From the NCBI RefSeq assembly GCF_902459465.1, contig NC_047062.1:9114001-9178000 (forward strand): a stretch of DNA of 64,000 nt, in the 5' to 3' direction. This document shows positions 1 to 12,600 of the stretch, one piece after another. Positions within the stretch are counted from its first letter, which is position 1; every line of letters starts with the position of its first letter. The notes below the pieces were generated by a model that made no database searches, had not been told where the DNA came from, and worked only from the letters and a program-made list of their open reading frames with translations. The stretch is from Asterias rubens. Its lineage: Eukaryota. The translations under genes were made by a program, and so were the position numbers.

Positions 1-270
1 AATAATAATAATAACCGTATTTATAACGCGCCTTTTGCCAAAGGATACAAAGCGCCAGGTATTATTACTGCAAGGAGTGGGGGCGATTTTTGAGATAATA
101 TAAGACCTAATCCTTAAGCACAATGTAATGGTTTACAAGGTGCTGTGGCGCAATATGCTGCCAATCCAGCCAGGAACACCGGGGCGAACCCCTTCTCTTT
201 TCGACAAGTGCACTGGGTTCTTTTACATGCGTTTAAACAACACATGGGACCAACGGCTTTACGTCCCATC
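1..270 (-). mobile_element. 5'-truncated SINE with L2-like 3' tail and (ATT)n end
   Basis: Body matches 57550-57700 and, in the opposite orientation, 51200-51300; ends in ...ggcgcgttataaatacggttattattattatt on the minus strand. Confidence 0.8.
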
Positions 271-447
271 ACATGTAGCTTATTTTGAACCGGCAAAAAA
301 ATTGTTATGTTTTTTATTACCCCAACATAAACACAACAACAAGCAGATGTAGACAGTGTTGCAGGTTGACTTCAGATGGAATCTTCATGTTATTAAAAAC
401 ATATTTCAAGGACTGGCAAATTTTCTTGTCACAAATAATCTACTTAC

Positions 448-661
448 AGGTGATCTTGCCTCTTGAAGCTCTTTGCGCAGAGTACACATTTGTGTCTCCT
501 CTCGCTGCTGTGTATCAGCTTGTGCTTCGCCAGGGCACTGGAGCTCCCAAAGATCTTACCGCACACCTGGCAGGGTTGCGAGTAACGATGCCCTGGGTTG
601 CGCGATGGTGGCCGCCCCTTCCGCCGAGGTGGCACATCAGTAGTACCGTCATTGTTGACCC
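448..661 (-). CDS. ZNF541: Zinc-finger exon of the ZNF541-like gene (214 nt, phase 1 to phase 2)
   Basis: Acceptor tttctttgaccag, donor gtaagta, open frame GVNNDGTTDVPPRRKGRPPSRNPGHRYSQPCQVC...QDHL with a basic NLS-like PRRKGRP followed by C2H2 fingers. Confidence 0.92.
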
Positions 662-3600
662 CTGGTCAAAGAAAACAAGCAACAAATATTTCTGTTACCA
701 AACTTACTTTACATGTGTCTTACTTTGTATCCATGGTGCTTGCAAGCTAGCAAATGAGGTCACAATTCTGGCCAATTGTAAACAAAAAAAAACATTTCAA
801 TTTAAAGCGCAAGGTGAACCCTGCAGTCAGCATCTCTTGCTTGTATGCCCTTGTATGTCTATTTTTATGCGTCTTTGCTTTTTTTTTTGCTGCTACAAAT
901 GTACATGTATATAAAATACTTATATATATTTTTTTATATTTTTCTAATTCTATTTTATTGTTGTTCTTTTTAGGATCAGCTGGAGACGAGAGCCTCTCGA
1001 CAGGAACTGTGTTTCTTTTAGGCAATCCTTCGGGCTCCAGCTGTTTCTTTTTCTTTACTGTATTTTAATTTCTCTTTGCTGTATTTTTCAATGTTTTTAA
1101 CCTAATTAATGTGCATTTTTGTACTTTTTATTCCCGAGAAATGAAATAAATATAAATTTAAATACAAAGTTTCCCTTGTGGTTAATTATTTTATAAATGA
1201 AAGAAAACCGTCACATCCCCTAAGGTGATCCCTCTGCTGCTACTTCCCACGTTGTACATGTATCTTACACATTGGTGTGATCCCTGGCTACACGGCAATT
1301 ACACGTTGTTTGGCTTTTAACTGGCACCACTAACAACAAAAATATTGAACAAAAATGGGAACTGCCAACCTAAGAAAAGATACCTTATGTAGTTGGTCGA
1401 GCGCCGGCACATAATTCTTTAGGCTACAGGTTCAACTCCTGCCTAACTAGTCAACTTTTCTCTGTTCAACCCAAAATTAATACTATTTAAAGACACTGGA
1501 CACAATTGTTAATTGTCAAAGACCAGTCTTCTTACTTGGTGTATCTCAACATATATGCATAAAATTACAAACCTGTGAAAATTGGAGCTCAATTGGTCAC
1601 CGAAGTTGCAAGATAATAATGAAAGAAAAAACACCCTTGTCACACAAGGTGGTGTGCTTTCATATGTTTGTTTTTGAGACCTCAAAATCTAATTCTGAGG
1701 TCTCAAAACCAACTTACGTGGAAAATTACTTCTTTCTCAAAAACTACGTTACTTCAGAGGGAGCCGTTTCTCACAATGTTTTATAATATCAACAGTTCCA
1801 CATTACTCGTTACCAAGTAAGGTTTCATGCTACTAATTATTTGGAGTAATTACCAATAGTGTTGACTGCCTCTAAATGAACGGACTAATGTTTCATGAGA
1901 TTCATGTTTCTTGAAACAAAACCTTAAAAGTCCTTGACCTGAAGTAACCTTATAGAAGAATAATCCCCCCCCCCCTTTCCCCGAAGGAAAAAAACTCAAC
2001 ATAATCAAGGTCTAATTCTACCTCCATGGTTGAACTGAAAAAACAAATTCATACAACATAAAGCAAACTCAATGTGTGTCTTAGTATTTTGAAAAGAATG
2101 AAGATCTCTTGTTGGTTGTTTTGTTTATAAATATATGATCAGCCCAACAGGAAGACTCTATTCAGAACACAAACAAAACAAAAAAAAAGCTTCCAAGCAA
2201 ACATAAAATATTAGACGCTGATGACTCTTTTGAATCCATTATGTAACAGGTGTTTTGTAGGCCTACACACATATTTATTACCATTTATATATTTATACAT
2301 GTACATGTACTGCAAGAATGTCATTAACATGAACATTAAACATCTTTGCCTCATGACGACGTGTATGGAAATATGGTTTTCATATGTAATGTACACACAG
2401 GAAACACCAAAAGGATGTAGAGTGTACATGTAATGAGTACAGATGTCTGTAGAATTGCATGCAGCATACATGTATAATTTTAACAAGCATGACAATTAAC
2501 ACAGTCTTCCATCATAACAAACATAACCATTGATTCCAATTATGTACCTGAGGCCATGAACTCAGTTGTAACAAGTCGCATCAGTCAGTAGTATGCACAG
2601 GTTTCATAATCATTTCAGAACGGTGTACTTAAAACTCAGGCGTGCGATCCCTCATGTTTATCTCTGGTGGTCGTCCCTGCCATTATTTCCTCTATCAGTC
2701 CAAAACACCCACACAACAAACAATGACAACCACTTGATGTTCTCAACACACACATGTACGCACAACATCAATGAGTGACGCAGCTCCAATCTATATAGTG
2801 TAGAATAATCCGTGGTTAATTCTAAACACCAGTCCACCTACAATACAAAGAATTTCTGCAGCTTGCACTGTCACTGAACCAGCATTCCTCAGACTATATC
2901 CCTACAAAGGAAACGCAAGTGTAGAGTGCAAAGCACATCCAGAGCGTTGGATTCCCTGGTATTCAAAATACACCAGGGTCCAGGTAAGGTCATGTATCCG
3001 TGGTCGACACCAGGGCTCACAACAACTTCCCTCTTTAGCGTGGAGTAGCGGTACCAGACAACACTGCTCTCTATAGTATGGGTAGCAGAATGATCATCTG
3101 TGTGTGGGTGTTCTTGTGTGCTCAACAGTGGTAGACCAAGTGTTGCAATGAACTTCATTTCAATCATAGGGGTCATGTAAACAGCACCAGTTCCTGCACA
3201 TACCTGCTACCTTGGAACAAACCCAATCCGCCTAGACTTCTACCAGGGTCATGTCTGCCTCATATACCAACAGCCCGTGGGAAACAAAATATTGTTTCTT
3301 TTAATCTGCCCTTCAAAAAACTTTGTTTACTCAATATTTTTTTCCCAGGCTAACAAAAGATAACATCAAATTGAATGACATGTTAATAACCCTTTAAAAG
3401 ACAATTATTCATGTCATCAGTTTTGATCACTCTCAGACAAATTACAGAAAATCAAAGAACGCTAAACACTATCTTGAAAAGCAAAAACTAGTTTTGCTCT
3501 TTGTTTTAACACAATATGAACCACTAATAATCAGTTCACAAAGCGAGAGCCAAAAAAAAATTTCAGGGCAGTCTAAAACCTCTATCTGTAAAATTCAGAA

Positions 3601-6600
3601 AGAATGAATGAAAACTGTTTTCCTTGAAAGAAAAAAAAAATTATGTAGTGCTAGAACTTAGCATAGTCAACTAATAAACGTATTTTTTTCACAGCCACCC
3701 AAGGATAAGTAGACAACAATGGCACAAGGCCAGCATGTTCAGAACTGTGTGACAAACTCATTTCAACTCCTACCATACTGCATTGAACAGCGCCCTCATG
3801 TGGCTCAAAACTGAAAGCCATTTATAAATAATCTCAAAACGGATACACTGGACGGCAGGAACAGACTGAGTTTCATGAGTAACAGGCCTATAAAAAGTAT
3901 GCATGCTTTTTAAATAACAGTGCGGGACATGTAGCTAATGCATGCACGTTTACTCCGGCAATGTTCTGCTCTGCGCGGCATGTTACCAGCCCAGGGATCT
4001 GGGCTCATTTTCATACAGCTGGGCACTTTGGTAGCCCTATACAGGACTCTTACTCAGTGCTGCACACGGATACAGAGTCCTAACTATTAGGGTCCGTTTC
4101 TGGGCAGAAAGTTGTCAAAGCTTCATAACTCAAATCTTACCTGCAACAAGCCACTAATCTCAACAGATTCACATTCCATGGCAGCATACATTTTTCTGCG
4201 GTGGGTTTTGGTCGTCTTTTTCTTGAAATAATGCAGCTCCCAACGTTAAAAAATTCAAATTTTTTTTCGTTCTTACACAATGTTGTCTGCTGCCCTGCGT
4301 AAGCGTATACATTTGCGTGCAAGACGCAAGATGCAAGACGCATGTAACTCTTGGTCACCAAATCTTGACTGCACAGCGTTAACACGCAAACGCAATAAGG
4401 CCGGTTTATAGTCGCTGCAACTGCGGGCACGCACCTGACAATTCAAAATTTGATTTAAGGTTCATACTTCATAAAAATAAAAAATAAATAAGCATTAAGT
4501 TTGCGTTCGCGCGCAGAAACGAACGCGTCAACTTGTGTTCATACATTCGTCCGGTGGAAGGATTAAATAAAATGCCTTCCGTTCAAATCTTTATCGCAAA
4601 TTTCCACAATTTCCTTACATGAAATCACTGTCGTTTGACATGTGGTATTCTTTCAAGCTTATATTACACAGTTTTGGAAAAAGAAGCACCCTTTTTTGGC
4701 TTTTCGTATCAGTGCGCTTCCTTTTACGCTCTGCGGACTTTAAAAAACGGGTCCGAGCGCTGCGTACACAGTGAATACGCAGCGAGTATGAACCAACCTT
4801 AATGTGTGTCGTGTGTCTTGGGTACGCACGGCAGACTGAGAGAATTTGATCATAAACAGGAATTTTTTAATGATGGGAGCTGCATTATTCCACGAAAATG
4901 ACGGATTTGTTAAGAATATATGACGACCAAAACCCACTGCAGAAAAATGTGAATCTTTTGAAATTAGTGGCTTCTTGCATGTAAGATTTAAGTTATGAAG
5001 CTTTGAAAAATTTCCGCCCCCAGAAATGGACCCTGATATTCAGGACGTCACTGTTGTAATACGAAAGTGTGAGGACTGCCAGGGCCAGGTACTTTGGGTA
5101 CTTGTGTGACGTGAGACGGAGTTCACGTCTATTTTGTCTCATTTAATTATTGTGTATTTCTCCCTAAACAAGTAGAAAACTTACCTTTGAGATGTAAAAT
5201 TTAATTCATGTAAAAACAAGTGATATAGATCCGTACAATTCTCATAGATTACTTTAGTTCTATGCGACGAGATGATCGTTGTATGGGCGCCGCCATTGCA
5301 CACTCAGTTCATTAATATTCATTAGGTCTATGACTCGTGATTCGTCATACCAAATAAGGGAGACGCTGTTAGGACTTTCTTTCCTTAAATTAAGCTTGTA
5401 AAAGTGCAGAAAGACCTGGGGTTATTCATAAATAAGTTCACAATCATTACTTGTCTTAGTCTCGATTTATAAAACCTTACAACTTTCCTTTTATTAAGGG
5501 TTTTATTGCAAATGTTGTCTGCTTTTTTCGTAGCGCGCGAATCCTATTTTGCGTGGCTGCCTTCAGCCAATCAAAAAGCGGTAAGAAATTCGCGGCCTAT
5601 ATAAAGGGAAAGTTTTACAATGTATGTTCAGTTGCTGTAATAGAAGCTGTCCTAAATTATCAGGTTAGTGTTGGTTTGCTTATAACTTGAAATGAAATGC
5701 ACCCAAAATGATTTATTTACGACAAAATGTTTGACGATTGCTGGAAATTATAGTGTCATATTATTTTACATCTCAACACTCAATATAAAAGATTTGTGGC
5801 TTTTATTTGTGGAACTTTTTGTGTGCTGTATTTTACGTGAATATTGCTTAAATAAATCTCTCTATATAAATATTGTGTGCTGAATTATCGGATATTTTGG
5901 GCCACTCTTTACTGAATATCAGGAGAAAATTATCGGGTTATTGTACATAAATTATGCTAATTATTTAGTGAGTTGCTGTAATAGAAGCTGTCCTAAATTA
6001 TCAGGTATGGGGACAGTGGCAGCAACTCACTCACTCACCCTTAAGTACGGACTCCGCATTTGGAGTTACTCAGCAACCGACTCCGCATTGCGAGTCGTAA
6101 TATCAACTATATGCTTCGGGGCCGAACGTTAATTTATATACAATGTATCAACTCCGCATCGAGTCATTTAGCTACTATGGGGTCGGCGGAGCCACAGTAT
6201 AAATCCAGCCGGGGGCTGAAGGTATAGCTTAGGCTAATACTCGTCATAATGACTCCGCATCAGTATGATTAGCTACTATGGGGTCGGCGGAGCCACAGTA
6301 TAAATCCAGCCGGGGGCTGAAGGTATAGCTTAGGCTAATACTCGTCATAATGACTCCGCATCAGTATCATTAACTACTATGGGGTCGGCGGAGCCACAGT
6401 ATAAATCCAGCCGGGGGCTGAAGGTATAGCTTAGGCTAATATACTCGTCAGTAATGACTCCGCATCAATATTAACTACTATGGGGTCGGCGGAGTCACAG
6501 GATAGTTGCAGGCGGGGCTGATACTCGTCATAACTTGACCCGCATCGGTATTATTATAACTACTTGTTTAACGGCTCAGGGAGTCAAGGTTTAATTCCAG

Positions 6601-9600
6601 TCAGGGACTGAAGGTGGAGCTTGGAGCTACTACGCGTTTAACGACTCGGGGAGTCAAGGTTTATTCCAGCCTGGGGCTGAAGGTATATTAGTTATCATAG
6701 AAACTATTAGTACTCGTCTTTTACTCCGCATTTTGAGTCAGACTAGATGATTCGGCGGAGTAAACACAGTTAATGGAAAGGGGATCGGCACTAGCCATCT
6801 ATAACCAGTCCAAGAACTAGAAGAGAGTAATCCCAGCAAGGAGCTGATAGTAATATGAGTCAAGGTTTAATTCCAGTCAGGGACTGAAGGTGGAGCTTGG
6901 AGCTACTACGCGTTTAACGACTCGGGGAGTCAAGGTTTAATTCCAGTCAGGGACTGAAGGTGGAGCTTGGAGCTACTACGCGTTTAACGGCTCAGGGAGT
7001 CGAGGTTTAATTCCAGTCAGGGACTGAAGGTGGAGCTTGGAGCTACTACGCGTTTAACGGCTCAGGGAGTCAAGGTTTAATTCCAGTCAGGGACTGAAGG
7101 TGGAGCTTGGAGCTACTACGCGTTTAACGACTGGGGGAGTCAAGGTTTAATTCCAGCCTGGGGCTGAAGGTATATTAGTTATCATAAGAACTATTAGTAC
7201 TCGTCATTTACTCCGCATTTTGAGTCAGACTAGATGATTCGGCGGAGTAAACACAGTTAATGGAAAGGGGATTGGCACTAGCCATCTATAACCAGTCCAA
7301 GAACTAGAAGAGAGTAATCCCAGCGAGGAGCTGATAATAATATGGGCGGAGTAACACGTCCTACACTTAGTGTGTGCCAGTGGTTTTTATTATAAATGAT
7401 GTAAATAGAGAGACGTCTCACAGCAGTTTCAGAGTTAATAATTTTGATGGTTTTATGAGTTAAATAAATAATTGTTGAAACTGTTAGACATGTGTCAATT
7501 CCAAGTTTTTGAGTCCATTTCTTCACTTAATAATTGTAAGCTGCCTGGTTATATATTTTAGCCCAACGGACTTGGGGAAGTTAAATTTATTTGTATCACG
7601 GTGATAAGTGGTAGGAGATACTGTAGAGAGAGACAGCGCCCCCACCGACCGCCGCGTCACACTTGTTTTGACACAAACAGATTTACATTAAACTTACTCA
7701 GTTTGAAGATTATGGTGGTAGAAAGCTTCCCTTATGAGAAATGAGTAAAACAATGTCACAAATATAATTTTTCGTGACATTGTTTTACTAATTTCTACAA
7801 AAATACAGCACCTCAACAAAACTTTTACTAGATGTTTGTGTCAGACTTTATGGTAGTTGTTTCAAAACGGTATACATAATCTTCTTCATAATAACAACAT
7901 ACACTGTATCTGTGGAGTGTTAGCTTGATGACGTCATCATGTGTCAAGTGGTATTGCTTTAAAGGTGCACTTTTCAAAGCTGTGTGTCTGCCAAACCAAA
8001 AGTTCGACTGAGGTGAAACTTGGTGTATTGTTAGTCAAGGACATTAACTTCTTGTACTCGAAATGACATCATGATGACGTCATCATGTTGTTTTGACAAT
8101 TTTTGCAATTTGGATCATTTATTACAAATCTTGAGAACAAAGCAAGGTGCAATATTTGCTTTTTACACAAACTCTCAATGTCTAGTTAGGAGTAGCCTAT
8201 TTTCTGAAAGTATTTGAGTGTCAGCCCTGTTATGTTAACTGCTGCCATGATAACCGAAAAGCATACTCTAGTTGACTCGGGGAGAACATTACATCAACAC
8301 AAGTTTCTGGGTCATGATAGTGTTTGAGTTATGCCGTGACGGTGCAGCTACAGTGCCTTGAAAAAATTTACTGTTTCTGAATCATGGGCAGCTACATTGT
8401 AGATCAAGTTTTGTAAATGTATTTGTTTATAATTTATTATTTTGAAGGCAAGGCAGGGGAAATCCTATGTACATGTGTAGAATAAAATTAACCTGATGAA
8501 AATTATGTCCACGCAGCAGGAACAATATCTAATAGGAATACACAATCTGAGAAGCATTACTGAGATTAAAATTTGGGGGATAAAAACTGATATATTTTGT
8601 ACACAACTTCGAAGTGATTTTTTTGTTTTCTTAAAACTATTTTTACTATCGAAAGCTGCTGTAGGCTTCTAACCTAAAGATTTGTATTTCCATTAATTTT
8701 AAGAGTAATTACCAAACATGTACCTTCCCTTTAAGTATCTCAATGAACTCAAGCCCAGGTCTGTCCATTTAAAGGGTCTATGTACATTTTGTAGGACAAA
8801 AAAACACAATGTCTTCAGATTTACACTAAACTTACAGTTTGAAGATAATGATAGTAGAAAGCTTCCCTGAAAATATTACCTGCTGAGGTGCTGTAGTTTT
8901 TGAGAAATGAGTAAAACGATGTCATGAAAATAATTTTCGTCTCGGTGATCATGAGACGAAAATTATTTTAGCATGTAAAAACTTATTTTCATGACATTGT
9001 TTTACTCATTTCTCAAAAACGACAGCACCTTAGCAACTAATATTTTAAGGTACGCTTGTTACTATAATTATTTTCAAACGGTGTAAGTTTAATGTAAATC
9101 TGTGGACATTGTGTTTGTGTTACAAAAAGTACCCAATTCCTTTAACACAAAGTACTGTATCAGCTGGTCTGAAATTGAATAACCTGACTAGAAGCCTGTT
9201 GTGATGATGGATTGGTGGATGTCTATTCAATAAAATGTAAATGGTTTCTCTGAATTGGATATATAAAGAAGCTGTCTGCACATTGTAAAGAAGAGGAAGT
9301 ATTGTGCACAAATACATAATAAAGCAATTCTGCAACAAATCTGTGTCACAAAATGTGAGTACACAGTAGGTTTTAGATTAATTCTAAACAGGTAGGGCCT
9401 ATAGTTTTGGAATAATCAACACATTTTCAATTCATCTGTGAACTACAGACCTTCGGTATTTCAAAGTTGGTAATGGTACTGAATAATGAGTCAAATATTA
9501 TTAAAATTTTTTGTTTGTTTACCCATACACTGATGAAGCACTGTTTACTCTGTGCTTTCCCGAGTCCTGTGAAAAAAATATCACAGGCATGTTATTCGGG

Positions 9601-12600
9601 TGGGATTAGTACCCATGAGTGAAACATTGCCATGCAAAAAACTTCCATACAATTACAATTTAAGCAGAAAATATTTATTGCAGTTTGTGTTTCGTTGGTT
9701 TTCTGTAATCTAAAAAATTATATTGGGAAACAACTGAACTATGAAAGGTTCAATATGTTAATTTGAGGCATTAAAACGTTAATAATTGCATTTGTGATAC
9801 CAACCTTGAGAGGTGTTAATAAATGGAGTTTTGTAGAGTGCAAGCTCATAATCCTTGGATTGCAAATAAATCGTTGAAAATGTATACATAGTTTTGACTC
9901 ACACTTTTGAGTCCATCAATAATATCAACACTATTTACATTGTATTGAGTTAAAGACAGGCCTGGTTTATGTTTTAGGGTTTTTATAAGAGCTTCCAAGC
10001 TTTGACACAAACTTGCTCCAGCTAAACATATTGTAGACTGTATCAAATTTCAATTGCCATTATTCTCAAGCATCCATCCCCCTGACACAGGACAACCACC
10101 CAAATGTGAGAATGAGAGTTTGCATGTTTATACTAGAGAACTTATTCCACCATACCGACAGTCATAGAAATGAATAACTCAATGATTGGTCATGTTGGTC
10201 CAGACTTTTTACGGAGCACCCGCACATCATGTCTGTAGGATAGGTATCACATTATGTGTGAAGCATAATTCATTGTACAATCTTGTGAAGCAGAGTGTTT
10301 CTCAGAGCATAGAGTAGTCACACTATAGCCGGTTCATACATCTATGCGATCAGACAATATCCCCAGGATCGCGTTACAAAAATTCATTGGCGGACTGTCC
10401 CCAACATTTTAATAGACTCTGACAGCATTTACCCATTGAGAGTCGCTCCATGTATTCACGTATTCCCGTTCATCAACTTGCTTGATCAAGTACAGAATAC
10501 AGCATTGATTATGATATTTTGTCCAGGGTCAGTCTGCATGGACAATGACGCCGAATCGCTCCGGGACAGGTTCAAGATTGCCAATCTGATTATGATAATT
10601 CGGTTAGAGAAACTGTGCATTTCTGTTCCTGTAATTGTCTACAATTACGACAGGAATAACAAACTCTACTATTGGCAAACATCTTCATTTTAATTAGCGA
10701 ACAGTGAAACAGTGTTGACTTGTCCGTGATAGATGTTAAAATCAAACTGCATGGTTTTCTAGGATACAAATGTTCAATGTTCACTTACAAACGTATTCCT
10801 CTCAGGTGTTCATGCATTGAGTATTCACTTACATGTATGTACACTGATCTTTCTTTGATCACATCTTCTCTCAGATTATATAGTGGACACACAAATCTCA
10901 TTCTATTTGATTATTTATTTCCGGCTGAAACTTTTAACAATTGTTTTTTAGCTCGGGTACAACTTCCAGAGCTCAATGCAGGCCTGGTCATTTTCATTTT
11001 GCAAAGGGCACTTCCAATGGAAAATCTATAAGTGAATGGGAAAATCTGTAAGTGAATGGGAAACTTTTGAAGGGCACCCAAGCCAAGACCAGGGCCAAAT
11101 TTCATGGCTCTGCTAATACCGTAAGCACAGAATTGGCACTAACGGAAGCAGGGAATTCTGTGCTTACGGCATGCGTATTTCAGGGGTTAGCAGAAAATTT
11201 TGGCTTCTGCGTGTGCGTATGATGGAAAGCACAGAATTCGGCGATAAGCAGAGCCAAGAAATTGGGCCCAGGGCAGCAATGGAGGCCATGGCTTCCATGA
11301 CCTGCATGTTATTCAAGGCCTGTCAATGGTCTTTGGTGGTTTTTGATTTGGGATCCACAGTATACCGTCGCCAATATACCACCATATTTGGTAAATATTA
11401 CAGAGAACTTTTTATTTGAGCATGAATTCTAGTACCCTTTGTCCATCTTTGTACAAGGAAAGAGTTGCAATGTGAATGCATGGACTGTGCACGCTGAGAA
11501 ATTAAATGTCCTGGCGTGTTAGCATTCCAGTATTAAAAATGGGTACATTTTAAGCGGGTTCACTGACTGAAAGAAGTGTACGGGAATACACATTCACTCA
11601 TCAGCTTGTAAACTGTAAGCAACTTCACATAGGGTGTAACTAGTCCGAGTATAAAATTTGACTTTAGAGTATAAAACATATTTTTGTATGAAGCTAGTTT
11701 AACATTTCTTTAGTTAAACAGTCTAAAATCAGGTCAGACACTATTCTGTATTATTTTTTATTGCATTTCATAATTGTGATGTTATTTTGAATGTGTTAAA
11801 CTTTGCAAAAAGATGTGGTCCAGTTTTATACAAAGTGACTCAAGGCTTTCTGCTACATGTATTTAAGGGCAAGCTCTATGGTAGTGGTATTACATCTGGT
11901 TTTGAATAACAAAATTGTGGGTTTGTATCCCACCCAGGTTATACATACCGTACTCTTGAATATATTTTTTTCACAGCATTCAAGAAAGTACCAAGTATAA
12001 AGCGCTTAACATTATGGGTTAGAACAATAATTACATTCTTTATCTTGGTTGGTTGGTGCAAATTTAGCATCTATTAAAACAGTGTTTACAGTTAATCAAG
12101 GAACCAAACCCATTTTGCAGCACACTTTGTGAAGAGCAAAGCCATTGCCCCAATGTGCTTCAATGAGACTGTGAGAGTGGTAACCTGGAGAAACCACCTG
12201 CCAGCTGTGCTTAATTATTAGGCTAATTTTGGTAGAGATAAGGTTATGGACCCTTCTTCAATTTGAAAGAACGGTGTGGTATGAAATGTGCTAAACTGTA
12301 ATGGGAGATTTTGTGGACAACAAAGGATATGTCAGGGCTCGAATTTCACGCTGGACCGCAGGCCCGAGGCCAGTGATTTTAGCTTCGGTCCAGTAAACTT
12401 TATGCCGAACAAGTCCGGCGGTCTTGTGGTTTTTTTTTATGCATACTAATATAGTTACTACTACAAAATAATTATATGAAATATATTATCTTTCATTAAA
12501 AAATGTATTTCAATATTTCTGGTTTATCTTCGGTTTTAAGAGGTCAAAGTAGACGCAACCCCGTTGCTCTAACATCCGGTTTTATTAATCAGATTCACGC

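Noticed and set aside
285-914. 209-aa plus-strand ORF
   Set aside because: It is the antisense shadow of the zinc-finger exon plus AT-rich intron and has no recognisable domain.
2830-3290. GC-richer stretch with a 95-aa minus-strand ORF as an exon or TE fragment
   Set aside because: No splice-site pair or protein motif that I can support.
6566-7150. 70-bp units as a CRISPR array or integron attC sites (GTTTAAC...GTTTAAT)
   Set aside because: There are no unique spacers or cassettes, no cas or integrase genes, the context is a eukaryotic intron, and the core does not fit GTTRRRY.
6150-7260. Array as twister ribozymes (ACTCCGC...GCGGAG resembles P2)
   Set aside because: The conserved P4/L4 GGU...AAG-CC segment and the pseudoknot partners are missing.
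6150-7340. Array as tandem hammerhead ribozymes (NTC, hairpin, CTGAAG, hairpin)
   Set aside because: The invariant GAAA after stem II is absent on both strands, and the CTG is needed for the covarying hairpin II.
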